Source of the DNA: Mobula hypostoma
Taxonomy: Eukaryota
Assembly (NCBI RefSeq): GCF_963921235.1
Contig: NC_086097.1
Coordinates: 187,180,001-187,244,000, forward strand
Direction: 5' to 3'
DNA: 64,000 bases
Made by a program: the position numbers and the translations under genes
Notes under the pieces: model-generated
Database searches by the model: none
What the model was told of the DNA's origin: nothing
The model's input: the letters and a program-made list of their open reading frames with translations, nothing else
Shown here: one piece after another, positions 38,215-50,629 of the stretch
How the letters are laid out: every line of letters begins with the position of its first letter
How positions within the stretch are numbered: the first letter of the stretch is position 1

Positions 38215-39727
38215 AAACCCGCAGATAAGTGGGTTGCTGTAGTAGTAATCTGGCAGACTGACCTCTACCTTGCTGATGTCAGGTGACAATATGACACCTC
38301 CTCTTATTACCCCTCGAACAGGACCTCACTAAGGATCACCAGGCTGTTGTCTCCCATACCATCCCTGACCTTATTAACTTTGGGGATCTCCCATCCACTG
38401 CCACCATTTGTATAGTTCCCTCATCCGCCACCTACCTTTGCTACTTCCTACCCAAGATCCACAAACCTGCTTGTCCAGGTAGAACCATTATTTCTGCTTG
38501 TTACTGCCATGCTGAATGTATATCTGCATACCTCGACTCAGTTTTACCCCCCACCCCCCGGTTCAGTCCCTTCCTACCTGTGTCTGTGACACTTCGTATG
38601 CTCGTGATCTTTTCAATGACTTCAAGTACTCAGGCCCCGATCATCTTATTTTCACTATGGATATCCAGTCCCTATACACCTCTATTCCCACCAGAAAAAC
38701 CTCAAAGCTCACCATTTTTTTTCTGGGCACAAGACCCAACCAGATTTACTCCACCACCACTCTCCTCCATCTGGCGGAACTGGTCCTCACTTGCAATAAT
38801 TTCTCCTTTGGCTCCTCCCACTTCCTTCAAACAAAAGGTGTAGCCATGGGCACTCGCATAGGTCCCAGCTATGCCTGCCTTTTTGTTGGCTACATTGAAC
38901 AGTCTATGTTCCAAGTTTACACTGGTATCACTTCCCAACTTTTCCTATGCTACATCGACAACTGCATTAGTGCTGTTTCCCGCACCCACGCAGAGCTTGT
39001 CAACTTCAACAACTTTGCCTCCAATTTCCACCCGGCTCCCAAATTTACCTGGTCCATTTCTGACACCTCCCTTCCCTTTATTGATCTCTCTGTCTCTATC
39101 GGTGGAGACAGCTTACATACTGATGTTTCTTAAAAACCCATCGACTCTCACAGCTACCTCTGCCCACTCTGTTACTTGTATAAATGCCATGCCCTTCTCT
39201 CAATTCCTCTGTCTCTGCCAAATCTGCCTTCAGAACTAAAGAGATGTCCTCCTTTTCATTCCAGAACTAAGATGTCCTCTTCTTCAAAGAAAGGGACTTC
39301 TCTTCCCCCACCATCAACGCTGCCCTCAAACTGCATCTCTTCCATTTCGCACATATTTGCCCTCATCCCATCCTCCCACCACCCCACCAGGGATAGGGTT
39401 CCTTTTGTCCTCACCTACCACCCCACCAGTCTCCGCGGCCAGCACATAATTATCGATAACTTCCACCATCTCCAATGGGATCCCACCACCAAGCACATCC
39501 TTTCCTCTCCTCCAATTTCTGCTTTCTGCAGGGATCACTTCATATGCTACTCCCTTGTCTGTTTTTTTCCCTACTGATCTCCCTCCTGGCATTTATACTA
39601 GCAAATGGAACAAGTGCTACAGCTACCCCTCTACCTCCTCCTTCACTACCATTCAGGGCCCCAAACGGTCCTTCCAGTTGTTGCAACACTTCACCTGTGA
39701 GTTTGTTGGGTCATCTACTCTATCTGG

Positions 39728-39956
39728 CCAACACTCACAACACGCTGGAGGAACTCAGCAGGTTGGGCAGCACCCATGGAAAAGATCAGTCGACGTTTCG
39801 GGCCGGAACCCTTCGTCAGGACCCAGGGTTCCTGATGAAGGGTACCAGCCCGAAATGTTGACCAATCTTTTCCACGGATGCTGCCCGACCTGCTGAGTTC
39901 CTCCAACGTGTTGTGAGTGTTGCTTTGACCCAAGCACCTGCAGATTATTTTGTGCT
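39728..39956. mobile_element. 229-bp fold-back PLE mini-element with a hammerhead motif on each strand
   Basis: 93-bp inverted arms 39729-39821 / 39830-39922; 34-nt unpaired tail; perfect 12-bp TSD tactctatctgg (39716-39727 / 39957-39968). Confidence 0.92.
39788..39823 (-). ncRNA. Minimal type I hammerhead ribozyme, core intact
   Basis: GGUC-CUGACGA-A-GGGU(UCCG)GCCC-GAAA-C-GUC^GACU: stem I, conserved core, stem II, palindromic ACGU stem III, GUC cleavage triplet. Confidence 0.8.
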
Positions 39957-41345
39957 TACTCTATCTGGTGCTCTTGGTATGGCCTCCTGTATATCCATGA
40001 GACCCAACGTAGAATGGGAGACCACTTAGCCGAGCGCCTATGCCCCATCTGCCAAAAAAAGCAGGATCTCCCAGTGGCCACCCATTTTAATTCCACTTCC
40101 AATTCCCATTCCAATACGTCAGTCCATGGCCTCCTCTACTGCCGTGCTGAGGCCACACTTAGGTTGGAGAAGCAATTCCTTATATTCTGTCAGCGTAGCG
40201 CCCAGCCTGATGATATGAACTTCAATTTCTCAAACCTCTGGTAATAGCCGCACCCCCTCTCCATCACCATTCTCCATTCCCCATTCCCATTTCCCCTGTT
40301 TCACCTTATCTCCTTATCTGTTCATCACCTCCCTCTGGAGCTCCCACCCCTTCCCTTTCTTCCATGGCCTTCTGCCTTCTATCAGATACCCCCTTCTTCA
40401 ACTCTATCTCTTTCACCAATTGACTTGCAGCTCTTTATTTCACCTCTCTCCACTCCCGTTTTCACCTATCACCTATTACATTGTATTTCTTTCTCCCCTT
40501 CCCCCGACCTTCGTACTCTGACTTCTTATTTTATTCCAGTCCTGATGAAGGGTCTCAGCCCAAAACATTGATTGTTTACTCTTTTCCATAGATTCTGTCT
40601 AGCCTGATGAATTCCTCCAGCATTTTGGGTGTGTTGAAAGTATCCTGCATCAGTCTTCACTGTGGAAGACACTAGCAGTATGGTGGAAGTTCCAGGAATC
40701 AGGGGGCATGAAGCGTGTGAAGTTACTATAACTAGAGAGAAGGTCCTTGGGAAACTGAAAGGCCTGAAGGTAGATAGGTCACCTGGACCAGATGGTGTGC
40801 ACATCAGAGTTCAGATAGAGGCTTTAGTAACAATCTTTCAAGAATCACTAGATTCTGGAATAGTTCTGGAAGACTGAAGAATTGCAAATGTCACTCCACT
40901 CCTCAAGAAGGGAGAGAGGCAGAAGAAAGGAAATTATAGACCTGTGATCTCAGTGGTTGAGAAGATGTTGGAGTTGATTATTAAGGATGAGGTCTCAGGG
41001 TACTTGGAGGCACATGATAAAATAGGCCATAGTCAGCATGCTTTCCTCAGCTAATATCTTGCCTGACAAAACCGATTGAATTCTTTGAAGAAACAGCAAG
41101 CAGGGCAGACAAGGGAGACTGGGTTGATGTTGTGTACTTTGATTTTCAGAAGACCTTTTAGAAGACAAGTTGCCACGTATGACGCTGCTTAAAATGCTAT
41201 GAGCCAGGAAAGATTCTAGCATGGATAAAGCAGTGGCTGATTGGCAGAAGGCAAAGTGTGGTAATAAAGGGAGTCTTTTCTGTCTGGTTGTTGCTAGTGG
41301 TGTTACACAGGGGTCACTGTTGGGACAAACTCATTTTACGTTATG

Positions 41346-42966
41346 CAGTGCATATAAAAAGTATTCACCCGCCACACCCACTGAAGTTTTCATGTTTTAT
41401 TATTTTACAACATTGAATCACAGTGAATTTAATTTGGCTTTTTTGACACTGATCAGCAGAAAAAGACTCTTTGTGTCAAGCTGAAAACAAATCTCTGAAA
41501 GTGATCTAAGTTGATTGCAAATATAAAACACAAAATAATTGATTGTGTAAGTATTCACCCCCTTTAAATATGACACACCAAATCATCACTGGTGCAGCCA
41601 ATTGGTTTTGAAAGTCACATAATTAGTTAAATAGAGATCTGTTTTGGAGGCCAGTGTGCAGTCAGGATGCTTCAATTGATTGTAGTAAAAATACACCTGT
41701 ATCTGAAAAGACCAACTGCTAGTGGGTCAATATCCTGGCAAAATCTACACCATGAAAACAAAAGAACACTCCAAGCAACTCTGCTAAAATGTTATTGAAA
41801 AGCAGGAGTCAGGAGATGGATACAAGAAAATTTCCAAGTCACTGAATATCCCTTGGAGTACAGTTAAGTCAATCATCAGAAATGGGAAGAATATGGTACA
41901 GCTGTAAATCTGCCTAGAGTAGGCTGTCTTCAAAAACTATGCAAGGATGGGACTAACGATGGAGGTCACCGAGAGACCTATGACAACTCTGGAGGGGTTG
42001 CAAGCTTCAATGGCTGAAATGGGAGAGACTGCACATACAATAACTGTTACCTGGGTACTTCACCAGTTGCAGCTTTATGAGAGAGCGGGGAAGAGAAAGC
42101 CATTGTTGGAAAAAACACACGTGAAATTTCGGCTAGAGTTTGGCAGGAGGTATGTGGGAGACCCTGAAGTCAGCTGGAAAAGGGTCCTACAGTCTGATGA
42201 AACCAAAATTGAGCTTTTTGGCCATCAGACTAAACACTATGTTTCGAGTAAGCCAAACACCGCACAACATCAAAAACACACCATCACTACCGTGAGGCAT
42301 GGTGGTAGCTGCATCATGCTGCGGGGATGCTTCACCTCAGCGGGTCCTGGAAGTCTTGTGAAGGTAGAGGGTAAATGAATGCAGCAAAATACAGAGAAAA
42401 GCTGAAGGAAAACCTGATGCAGTCTGCAAGAGAACTGCGATGTGGGAGAAGATTTCTTTTCCACAAGAAAATGACCCCAAGCATAAAGCCAAAGCTACAC
42501 AGGAATGGCTTAAAAACAACAAAGTTAATGTCCTGGAGTGGCCAAGTCAGAGTCCAGACCTCAATCCAATTGATAATTTTGGCTGGACTTGAAAAGGGCT
42601 GTTCACTCACGATCCCCAAGCAATCTGACAGAACAGTTTTGTAAAGAAAAATGGGGAAAATTGTGGTGTCCAGATGTACAAATAGAGGCCTATCCACACA
42701 GACTCAAGGCTGTATTTGCTGTCAAAGGTGCATCTACTAAATACCGACTTGAAGGGGGTGAATACTTATGCAATCAATTATTTTGTGTTATATATTTATA
42801 ATTAATTTTGATCACTTCATAGGGATCTTTTTTCACTTTGACATGAAAGAGTTGTTTTCTGTTGATCAATGTCAAAAAAGCCAAATTAAATTCAATGTGA
42901 TTCAATGTTGTAAAACAATAAAACATGAAATCTTCCAAAGGGGGGTGAATACTTTTAAAAACACTG
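41346..42966 (+). mobile_element. Degraded Tc1 transposon, Passport-like
   Basis: CAGTG...CACTG|TA ends; TIRs of about 220 bp with aagtattcaccc at both ends; transposase from 41752 [58 protein letters not shown]. Confidence 0.9.
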
Positions 42967-43444
42967 TATATCGTTGATTTGTATAATGGAATTAATGGCC
43001 TTGTTGCAAAGGTTTCAGACAATATGAAGATAGATGAAGGGGTAGGTAGGTTTGAGGAAGTAGAGTGGCTACAGAAGGACTTAGACAGATTAGGAGAATG
43101 GACAAAGAAATGGCAGATGGACCACAGTGTCGGAATTGTATGATCATGCATTTTGCTAGAAGAAATTATATCACTGACTACTTTCTAAATGGAGAAATAA
43201 ATACGAAAAAAAACTGAGGTGCAAAGAGATTTAAGAGTCCTTCTGCAGGATTCCCTAAAAGTTAATTTGTAGGCTGACCCTGTGGTGAGGAAGCCAAATG
43301 CAATGTTAGCATTAATTTCAAGAGGACTAAAATATAAAAGCAAGGATATAATGATGTGGCTTTATAAAGCAGTGGTAAGGCCTCATCTGGAGTATTGTGA
43401 GCAGGTTTGGGCCCTTTATCTTAGAAAGGATGTGCTGAAACAAT

Positions 43445-45105
43445 TTTGGAGTCATCTACAAATTTGATGATCCAGTTTATCACCTTATCCTAAACATTAA
43501 TATAGATGACAGACCATGGACCTAGCACTGAACCCTGCGGTAACCATGTCACAGGCCTTCAGTCAGAGAGGAACAATCTACTTCCACTCTTGGCTTCTTC
43601 CACTAAACCAATGTCAAATCACTTTTACCAATTCATTCTGAATGAAAAGCAACAGAACCTTTTGGACCAGCCTCCCATGTGTGGGACCTTGTCAAAAGCC
43701 TTGCTAAGTTCCATGTAGACAACATGTCATGTCCACTATCTTTCCTTCATCAGCCCTCCTGCTAACCTCCTTGAAAAACTCTATAATATTGTTTGACGTA
43801 TTACACATAATATATTACACATAGTACACACAAAGCCATTTTGACTATACCTGATCAAACCTTATCTGTCCAGGTAGTTAATTATCCTATTCCTTAGAAT
43901 AGTTTACCCACTTCTGATGTCAGGATCACTGGCCTATACTTTCCCAGGTTATTCTTTTCCAGAACAATGGAACAACATTAGCCATCTGAGCAACACACAC
44001 AAAATGCCAAAGGAACTCAGCAGGCTGGGTAGCATCCAAGAAAATAGCACAGTCGATGTTTCGGGCCAAAACCCTTCAGCAGGACTGGAGAAAAAAAGTT
44101 GAGGAGTAGATTTAAAAGGTGGAAGGGGGGAGGAGGGGAGAGAAAAACACAAGGTGATAGGTGAAACCTAAAGGAGGAGGGGTTGAAGTAAAGAGCTGGG
44201 CAGTAAATTATTAAAAGAGACAGAAGGCCATGGAAGAATGAAAAGGGGGGAGAAGCACCAGAGGGAGGCGATGGGCGGGTAAGGAGATGAGGTGAGAGAG
44301 AGAAAAGGGAATAGGAAATGGTGAAGGGGAGAGGGTGGGGGTGGGAGGCATTACTGGAAGTTTGAGAAATTGATGCTCATGCCATCAAGTTGGAGGCTGC
44401 TCGAATGGAATATAAAGTGTTGTTCCTCCAACCTAAATGTGGCCTCATCACGACAGTGGAGGAGGCCATGAATAGACATACCGGAATGGGAAGTGGAATT
44501 AATATGGGTGGCTGCTGGGAGAACTCGCTTTTTCAGGTGGACATTGAAATGGTCCACCTGAGAAAGCTCAGCGAAATGGTCTCCCAATCTACGTTGGGTC
44601 TCACCGATATACAGGAGGCCACACTGGGAGCACCAGACACAGTATATGACCCAAAGAGACTCACAATTGAAGTGTTGCCTTGTCTGGAAGGACTGTTTGG
44701 GGCGGTGTATGGTAGTGAGGGAGGAGGTGTAGGAGCAGGTGTAGCACTTGTTCCGCTTGCAAGGATCAAGTGGAACAAGTGGGGAAATCAGTGGGGAGGG
44801 GCGGATGGACAAGGGAGTCGCATAGAGAGTGATCCCTGTGGAAAGCAGAAAGTGATGGGGAGGGAAAGGTGTGCTTGGTGGTGGGATCACGTTGGAGATG
44901 GCATTAGCTATCCTTCAGTACTCTAGTACTTCACCCATGGCTAAGGGCATTTTAAATACCTCTGCCAGGGCCCTTATAATTTCTGCAATAACCTCCTGCA
45001 AGGTCTGAGAGCTCACCTTGCCAGGCCCTGGGATCTTATCCATCCTAATTCACCTCAAGACTGCAAGCACCTTCTCTTCTGTAATTCTGATGTGGTCCAT
45101 GACCT
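43445..45105 (-). mobile_element. CR1 RT fragment of a second subfamily, split by a PLE
   Basis: Minus-strand VYMELSKAFDKVPH (about 43680-43725) and KIPGPG-VS (about 45010-45040). Confidence 0.7.
43988..44901 (-). mobile_element. 5'-truncated PLE (GIY-YIG domain + pLTR)
   Basis: CKRNKCYTC..HFNCESLWVIYCVWCSQCGLLYIGETQRRLGDHFAE; hammerhead at 44051-44086 with a CUGCUGA variant; TSD cattagccatc / cattagctatc (43976-43986 / 44902-44912). Confidence 0.9.
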
Positions 45106-45107
45106 TA

Positions 45108-45388
45108 CGAGGGGTGATTGATATGTTCATGGCCTAAGGTAGAAGAAGTCAATTTTAGAAAACCTAGCACATTTATTTTTCAAAATAGTCCCCTCCTACT
45201 TCTACACACTTAGTCCAGTGGTCGTGGAGCATACGGATCTTGGACCTCCAGAAAGTGTCCACAGCAGGGGTGAATGATAAGTTCATGGCCTAAGGTGGAA
45301 GGAGATGAGTTATACGGCTCTCGTTACATGCACATGCAGTTCAACTCTTTGAGTGATTATGCAGAAAGTTTGAAGTTAATAACTCATT
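45108..45388 (+). mobile_element. Mariner-type non-autonomous element fragment
   Basis: TA|CGAGGGGTGATTGATA start; the 36-nt terminal sequence recurs internally at 45266-45301; no right TIR found. Confidence 0.55.
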
Positions 45389-48300
45389 AATAGGTCTTGT
45401 GCTGTCAATCATTTCTCATACTTTCATAAAATAATTAATTTGTGAAGTTTAATGGGAACGTAGGCTTTGTTAGGCTGGGGCACATGCAGCCAAAAGAACA
45501 GATTGAAGAAGATATCATTATGTGACCTTTTATGAATGTTAAGTATGTGGTTGTAGGAAAGTGGTTAAAAGATAAGAGGTCAAGACATCTCGTGCTAAGT
45601 TTATCATTTGGAGTGAATACAAAAATAGATTGGAGTGAAATGGATTTTAATTTCCATGTTATCATACCAAAATATGAATTCCTTTCTAAACTGGCCGTTC
45701 ATAATCTTGCAACCACTGATGGCCAGTAAACAAGAACATCTGGGATTGTCTTTGAATTCACTTACTGCACGAATAAAACAATGTGACTATCATCCAGGAC
45801 TCTTTACCTGTACTGCTGCTATAAATGTCAGCACACATTACTTATGCACATTCCAAATATTGCAGAGGTTACCAGAAGGGCACACAGCTATAGGAAATAT
45901 CAACATACCCTTTGTAGTCGCATTTGAGGATTACAGTTCTTTATTAATGTGAAAGCATACAGCCTTCTGTTCAGCAACAAACCAGATTACTCTTCTTAAG
46001 TAATGAGGGATAATTTGAACCAATGCTGTAACTATTTTAAAAAATACTTGTATCCATATACAGAGGCTTGGGGTCTGTTTACCAAATTATATGCTTTTCT
46101 GGTGCTACCATACTTCAGATGTTGAATGAATTATTTTCATTATCACTTAATTAATAGTTCTACAAGTCCTGTATGTTGTATCACATCCAGTTACTGTGTT
46201 TTTGTTAAGTTGATGTTTCCGAGTCACACTTCAATGATATGCTCAAAATACAACTGCAACATATCAGAGCGGAAAAGAAATGTGATTGGAAAAATAAAGG
46301 CACAGAAAGCAGTTGGAAATTTTCATTAAATGATGAAGGCTTATAGATATGGCCAATCCCCAAATAACAATTGTACAAAACACCAAAAAAATGAATTCTA
46401 ATATAATGAATCAACCAAAGCACAGCAGATGGTGTATGGGCTGTGTGACAAAAATGTATGGCAAGGGGATGAAAGATTGCAAAACTAGCACACAAGAAGA
46501 GGTCACAGATTCTTTTGTCAGGGACCAGAAGATGGCTTTGAAATTGTATCTCATGGCATTGCATGACTGTAAATAAATTGTGAATGGAGTAATCTAAATG
46601 GGGTTCTGACTATTTCTGGGTTGTTTCACATCGCCCAGGCAGCTTCATGTACTAGTCACGTTTGCACATCTGACATCCTGGAACATGCATCCCACAACAT
46701 GACAACCTCTTCAGTGACAATAATGTCCACAATACCAGCCACTCAGCAAAGGCTCCTCAAGCTCCTCAATATGCTGACAATCGGTTTCACAGGAATGTGG
46801 GAACTCACCTGCCAACTCTTTATCCAGCTTTTTGTATTGGCTATATCCTCTTTCTTTCAGTCCAGTTGAAGAATATCAACCCAAGGCATTGACTGCCAAT
46901 TTCCCTCCAATTGTGTTCCTCTAGCACTTAGTGTTGCTCCAGACTTCCAGCATCTGTAATCTGTTGTGTCTTCCCAAAAATACACATTTTTTCAGCTTAT
47001 GAAGGAATGTTAAGGAATATGGAAAAAATGATCTTGGTACCAGTTCTACCATTGCTCATTTTAGGAACATAGCAAAATATGTTATACATCTTCGCACATA
47101 GAATGTTGTTCTAGGATATTGAACCTATAGCTTATTTTGATTATATCCTGATGCCTCAAGCATAATCAAATCTTTTGTAGTGAGATTTGAAACCAGCATT
47201 ATTTCGGCAAACTTTATAACAGCAGCTCTACTTCTGCTGATGATCCTGTATTACAACTAAACACTACCACATATTGTTCTACATAAGGTATTACTGGCAC
47301 TGCAGATTTAAAATTCCTGTAATGTATTACTGAATGATTTATTCTACAGACAAAAACAAAACCAATTCAGCGGTGAATCTGGGCAGAAATCAAGCATGTT
47401 GTTACGGACAATGAAAGCACATTTGCTACCACTGCTATTGTGCAGTGAGGGATATGCTGCATCGTGTCATATCTTTGCTGAGATTTCATTGTGATCAAAG
47501 AGTAGGAATGGGGGACCCTGGGCAGTGATTAGCACCCACCCTACATCCACTTCATTGTGAGTTTTCCATATCCTAGATCAGAAAAAAGTTTGAAAACAAG
47601 TCTCTGTAGCCCTGTCTTGTTCAAAAGTGTGAATGGACATTCCTGGTTTCAAGAAATCCTTTCACATCTATCTGTTTTTAAATTGCAGCTGCATCTGCAA
47701 TACATTTGCCCTCCTCCAAATTCTAGACCAAGTGTGAAATCCCATTCATTCCCAGGTTCTCACTCTGTCAATAATCTCCTGAATCAAAATTCCCATCATA
47801 ATTCCAATTATTTTGCTGTCCCCCACACTACTGTTTGATCATCTGCTTAACCAGTGTTTCATATCCACCCTGCATCAGCTTTCCACCTTCATTCTTTTGC
47901 TTCTTCTTGTAAAGTTTAATGGTAGTTGACAGAATGACATAAACTGCATTACTGCCACCTTGAGTTGGAGCGTGGACAAATGAGGCAGGAAGCAAACCCA
48001 CTAAAATCCACTCTCTCCCCACCCAAAAATACTCAAATAATATCAAAAGGTCTAATGCTTTTCGGAAAGTCAAACACTCACTTATATACATTACAATGGC
48101 AATGATATCCTAATAAACTTTCCATGTTAAATTGCATCTGTCCCAAAGATCTCAATTTAGCAATTAAAAATTTCCTTTGCACCTCATAGGAACTGCATTC
48201 AAACAAAATATACTGAACTATTTATTGACATGTGCACTCCCTACAAATATCTATATCATGCATAGTAATTCAACCTAGTATGTCCAATACGTAAACATTT

Positions 48301-48594
48301 ATTCCCTCCTTTTATACCCATCTCTCAGTCAATTTGCCACCATCACTTGAATTATGGCTTTTATCTCACTTTGTGCAAAGGCACCACTACAGTTATGTCC
48401 TTAATCTTAAGTGATTGTTTGGCTACAATGTCTGCTACCTCATTTCCTTCAACTCCAGCTTGGGTAGAGACCCATAAGAACTGGATGCACCCCCAATCTT
48501 AAGAAGAATGCCTGGCCTACAGTATGAAATACCGGTTTTAATAGATGTCAAAATCAAGAATGAATCAGAGTCCAGAAATACATAATGCAGTATA

Positions 48595-49472
48595 GGCAGC
48601 AGGCCAGGCAGCATCTCTAGGAAGAGGTACAGTCGACATTTCGGGCGGAGATCCTTCGTCAGGACTAACTGGAAGAAGAGCTAGTAAGAGATTTGAAAGG
48701 GGGAGGGGGAGATCTGAAATGATAGAAGACAGGAGGGGGGAGGATGGAGCCAAGAGCTGGACAGTTCATTAGCAAGAGGGATATGAGAGGATCATGGGAC
48801 AGGAGGCCCAGGAAGAAAGGAAAGTAGGAGCGGGGAAGCCCAGAGGATGGGCAAGAGGTATAGTGAGAGGGACAGAGGGAGAAAAAGGAGAGAGAGAGAG
48901 AGAAAAAGAGAGAGAGAGAAAGAATGTATATATGATAACTCAATAAATAATGGATGGAGTACGAGGAGAAGGAGGGGCATTAACGGAAGTTAGAGAAGTC
49001 AATGTTCATGCCATCAGGTTGGAGGCTACCCAGTCGGAATATAAGGTGTTGTTCTTCCAACCTGACTGTGGCTTCATCTTGACAGTAGAGGAGGCTGTGG
49101 ATAGACATATCAGACTGGGAATGCGACATGGAATTAAAATGTGTGGCCACTGTGAGAACCTGCTTTCTCTGGCGGACAGAGTGTATGTCTCCTGTCCCAT
49201 GATCCTCTCATATCCCTTTTGCCAATCACCTGTCCAGCTCTTGGCTCCATTTCTCCCCCTCCTGTCTTCTCCTATCATTTTGGATCTCCCCCTCCCCCTC
49301 CCACTTTCAAATCTCTTACTAGCTCTTCTTTCAGTTAGTCCTGATGAAGGGTCTCGGCCCGAAACATTGACTGTACCTCTTCCTAGAGATGCTGCCTGGC
49401 CTGCTGTGTTCCACCAGCAACTTTTATGTATGTTGCTTGAAATTCCAGCATCTGCAGATTTCCTCATGTTTG
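48595..49472. mobile_element. PLE insertion with inverted pLTR structure
   Basis: Minus-strand pLTR and GIY-YIG C-terminus (48595 to ~49185) joined to a plus-strand pLTR with tail (~49186-49472); hammerheads at 48631-48666 (-) and 49337-49372 (+); probable TSD cataatgcagtata / cataatgaggtata. Confidence 0.88.
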
Positions 49473-50629
49473 CATAATGAGGTATACTTCTTTGACCCAT
49501 TCCAATTTTAATATTATAGCAACCATCTCAAACATAAATACTGATGCTTTGATAATCTTTTCTTAATTGTCACCTGAAACTCTGGAACAGAAACAGAAAC
49601 CCCTGAGTGACATGTCACTGGATCTTTTGACCATCTATATAGATATGTAAGAAAGTGTAGAGAGAGCCCTGCTGGCAGCCAATGGGGTAACATCTTTTTG
49701 AACTTGCTCGTACCTTTTCTATCTTTTTGTTTCCTACCAATTTTTTGAAACCTTATTATAAATCTCAGTATTGCTCTATTATGTCTATGAGAAAGACTTA
49801 AGTCTGTGCAAAAGCAAAAGAAGATGATTCTCCAACCACTTTGGAATCAATTGGAGATTTCCTTAAAAAGCAAAGAACAGAGCTTTCTGAGGAATTTCAA
49901 CATCTTAATGTCAAGTTGGACACTATTCAACAAACTCTAATCAAACATGATGAGCGAGTTAAGGAGAATAAAGAAACTTTGTCGATACTGGAAGCGGACT
50001 TAGGAGGTGAGTAATCTCTCCAAGAAATTATCATTATCTAATGAAAAATTAACAAAGAAGATTACCTAGCTGGAAAGCAGAAACAGAAGGAACAAGCTAT
50101 GTATTCTGGGTCTTGAAGAATCAATTAAAGGTGCCCAGCCCACGGAGTTCGTTGTAAGCTTTCTGAAGCAACTAGTCCCTGATTTATTGCCATCTGCGCT
50201 TAAGTTGGACCATGCCCCCCACCCCCCGTCACTGGCCCTGAAACCAAAGTCAGGGGAGAGACCTAGGAAGGTTATTTTATGTTTTCATGAATTTCATATT
50301 AAGGAGCTTTTAATCTGTCATACCCGTCAAATAGGAATGATCGATTGCAACGGGAAGATGATCAGATTCGTGGAAGATTATACACCAGAGGTTATGGCTG
50401 AACATGCCAAGTATAAAGAGGTTATGTTGCTGCTTTATAATAAAGGGTTTAAGCCCTCCCTTTGCTTCCCCGCACATCTTAGAATTGTTCAGAAAAATGA
50501 TGTGCAGAAGTGGCTGGAATCAGTAGAACACGCACAAAAGTTTTTGAAAGCAGAAGATTAATTGCATTATAACTCTTACAATAGCAACTATCTTTTTAAT
50601 GTTGGATAGAATAAGGTTTTAATTACTTG

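Larger units (their letters stand above)
37300..40636 (+). mobile_element. Degraded Penelope-like element (RT + GIY-YIG + 3' pLTR)
   Basis: IKPADK; LPKIHKP; FTMDIQSLYTSIP; QTKGVAMGT; CYIDNCI; GIY-YIG (VIYSIWCS..LLYIHETQRR), VATHFN; decayed hammerhead at 40538-40573. Confidence 0.92.
35795..43440 (+). mobile_element. Degraded CR1 LINE hosting a PLE and a Tc1
   Basis: End of ORF1 at about 35800-36040; APE MNTELKVLYLNAHSMRNKVD..GITESWL (36167); RT resumes at 40638 and again at 42967; LYKAVVRPHLEYCEQVW at about 43360. Confidence 0.9.

Noticed and set aside
45435..48091. Short 60-120-aa ORFs in AT-rich unique sequence
   Set aside because: No domain motifs or splice support; lengths are as expected by chance.
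3899..49472. Recurring hairpin units as a CRISPR array or DNA-transposon MITEs
   Set aside because: They are dispersed with no spacers, their arms are asymmetric, their TSDs vary (about 9-14 bp), and their sequence matches PLE pLTRs.
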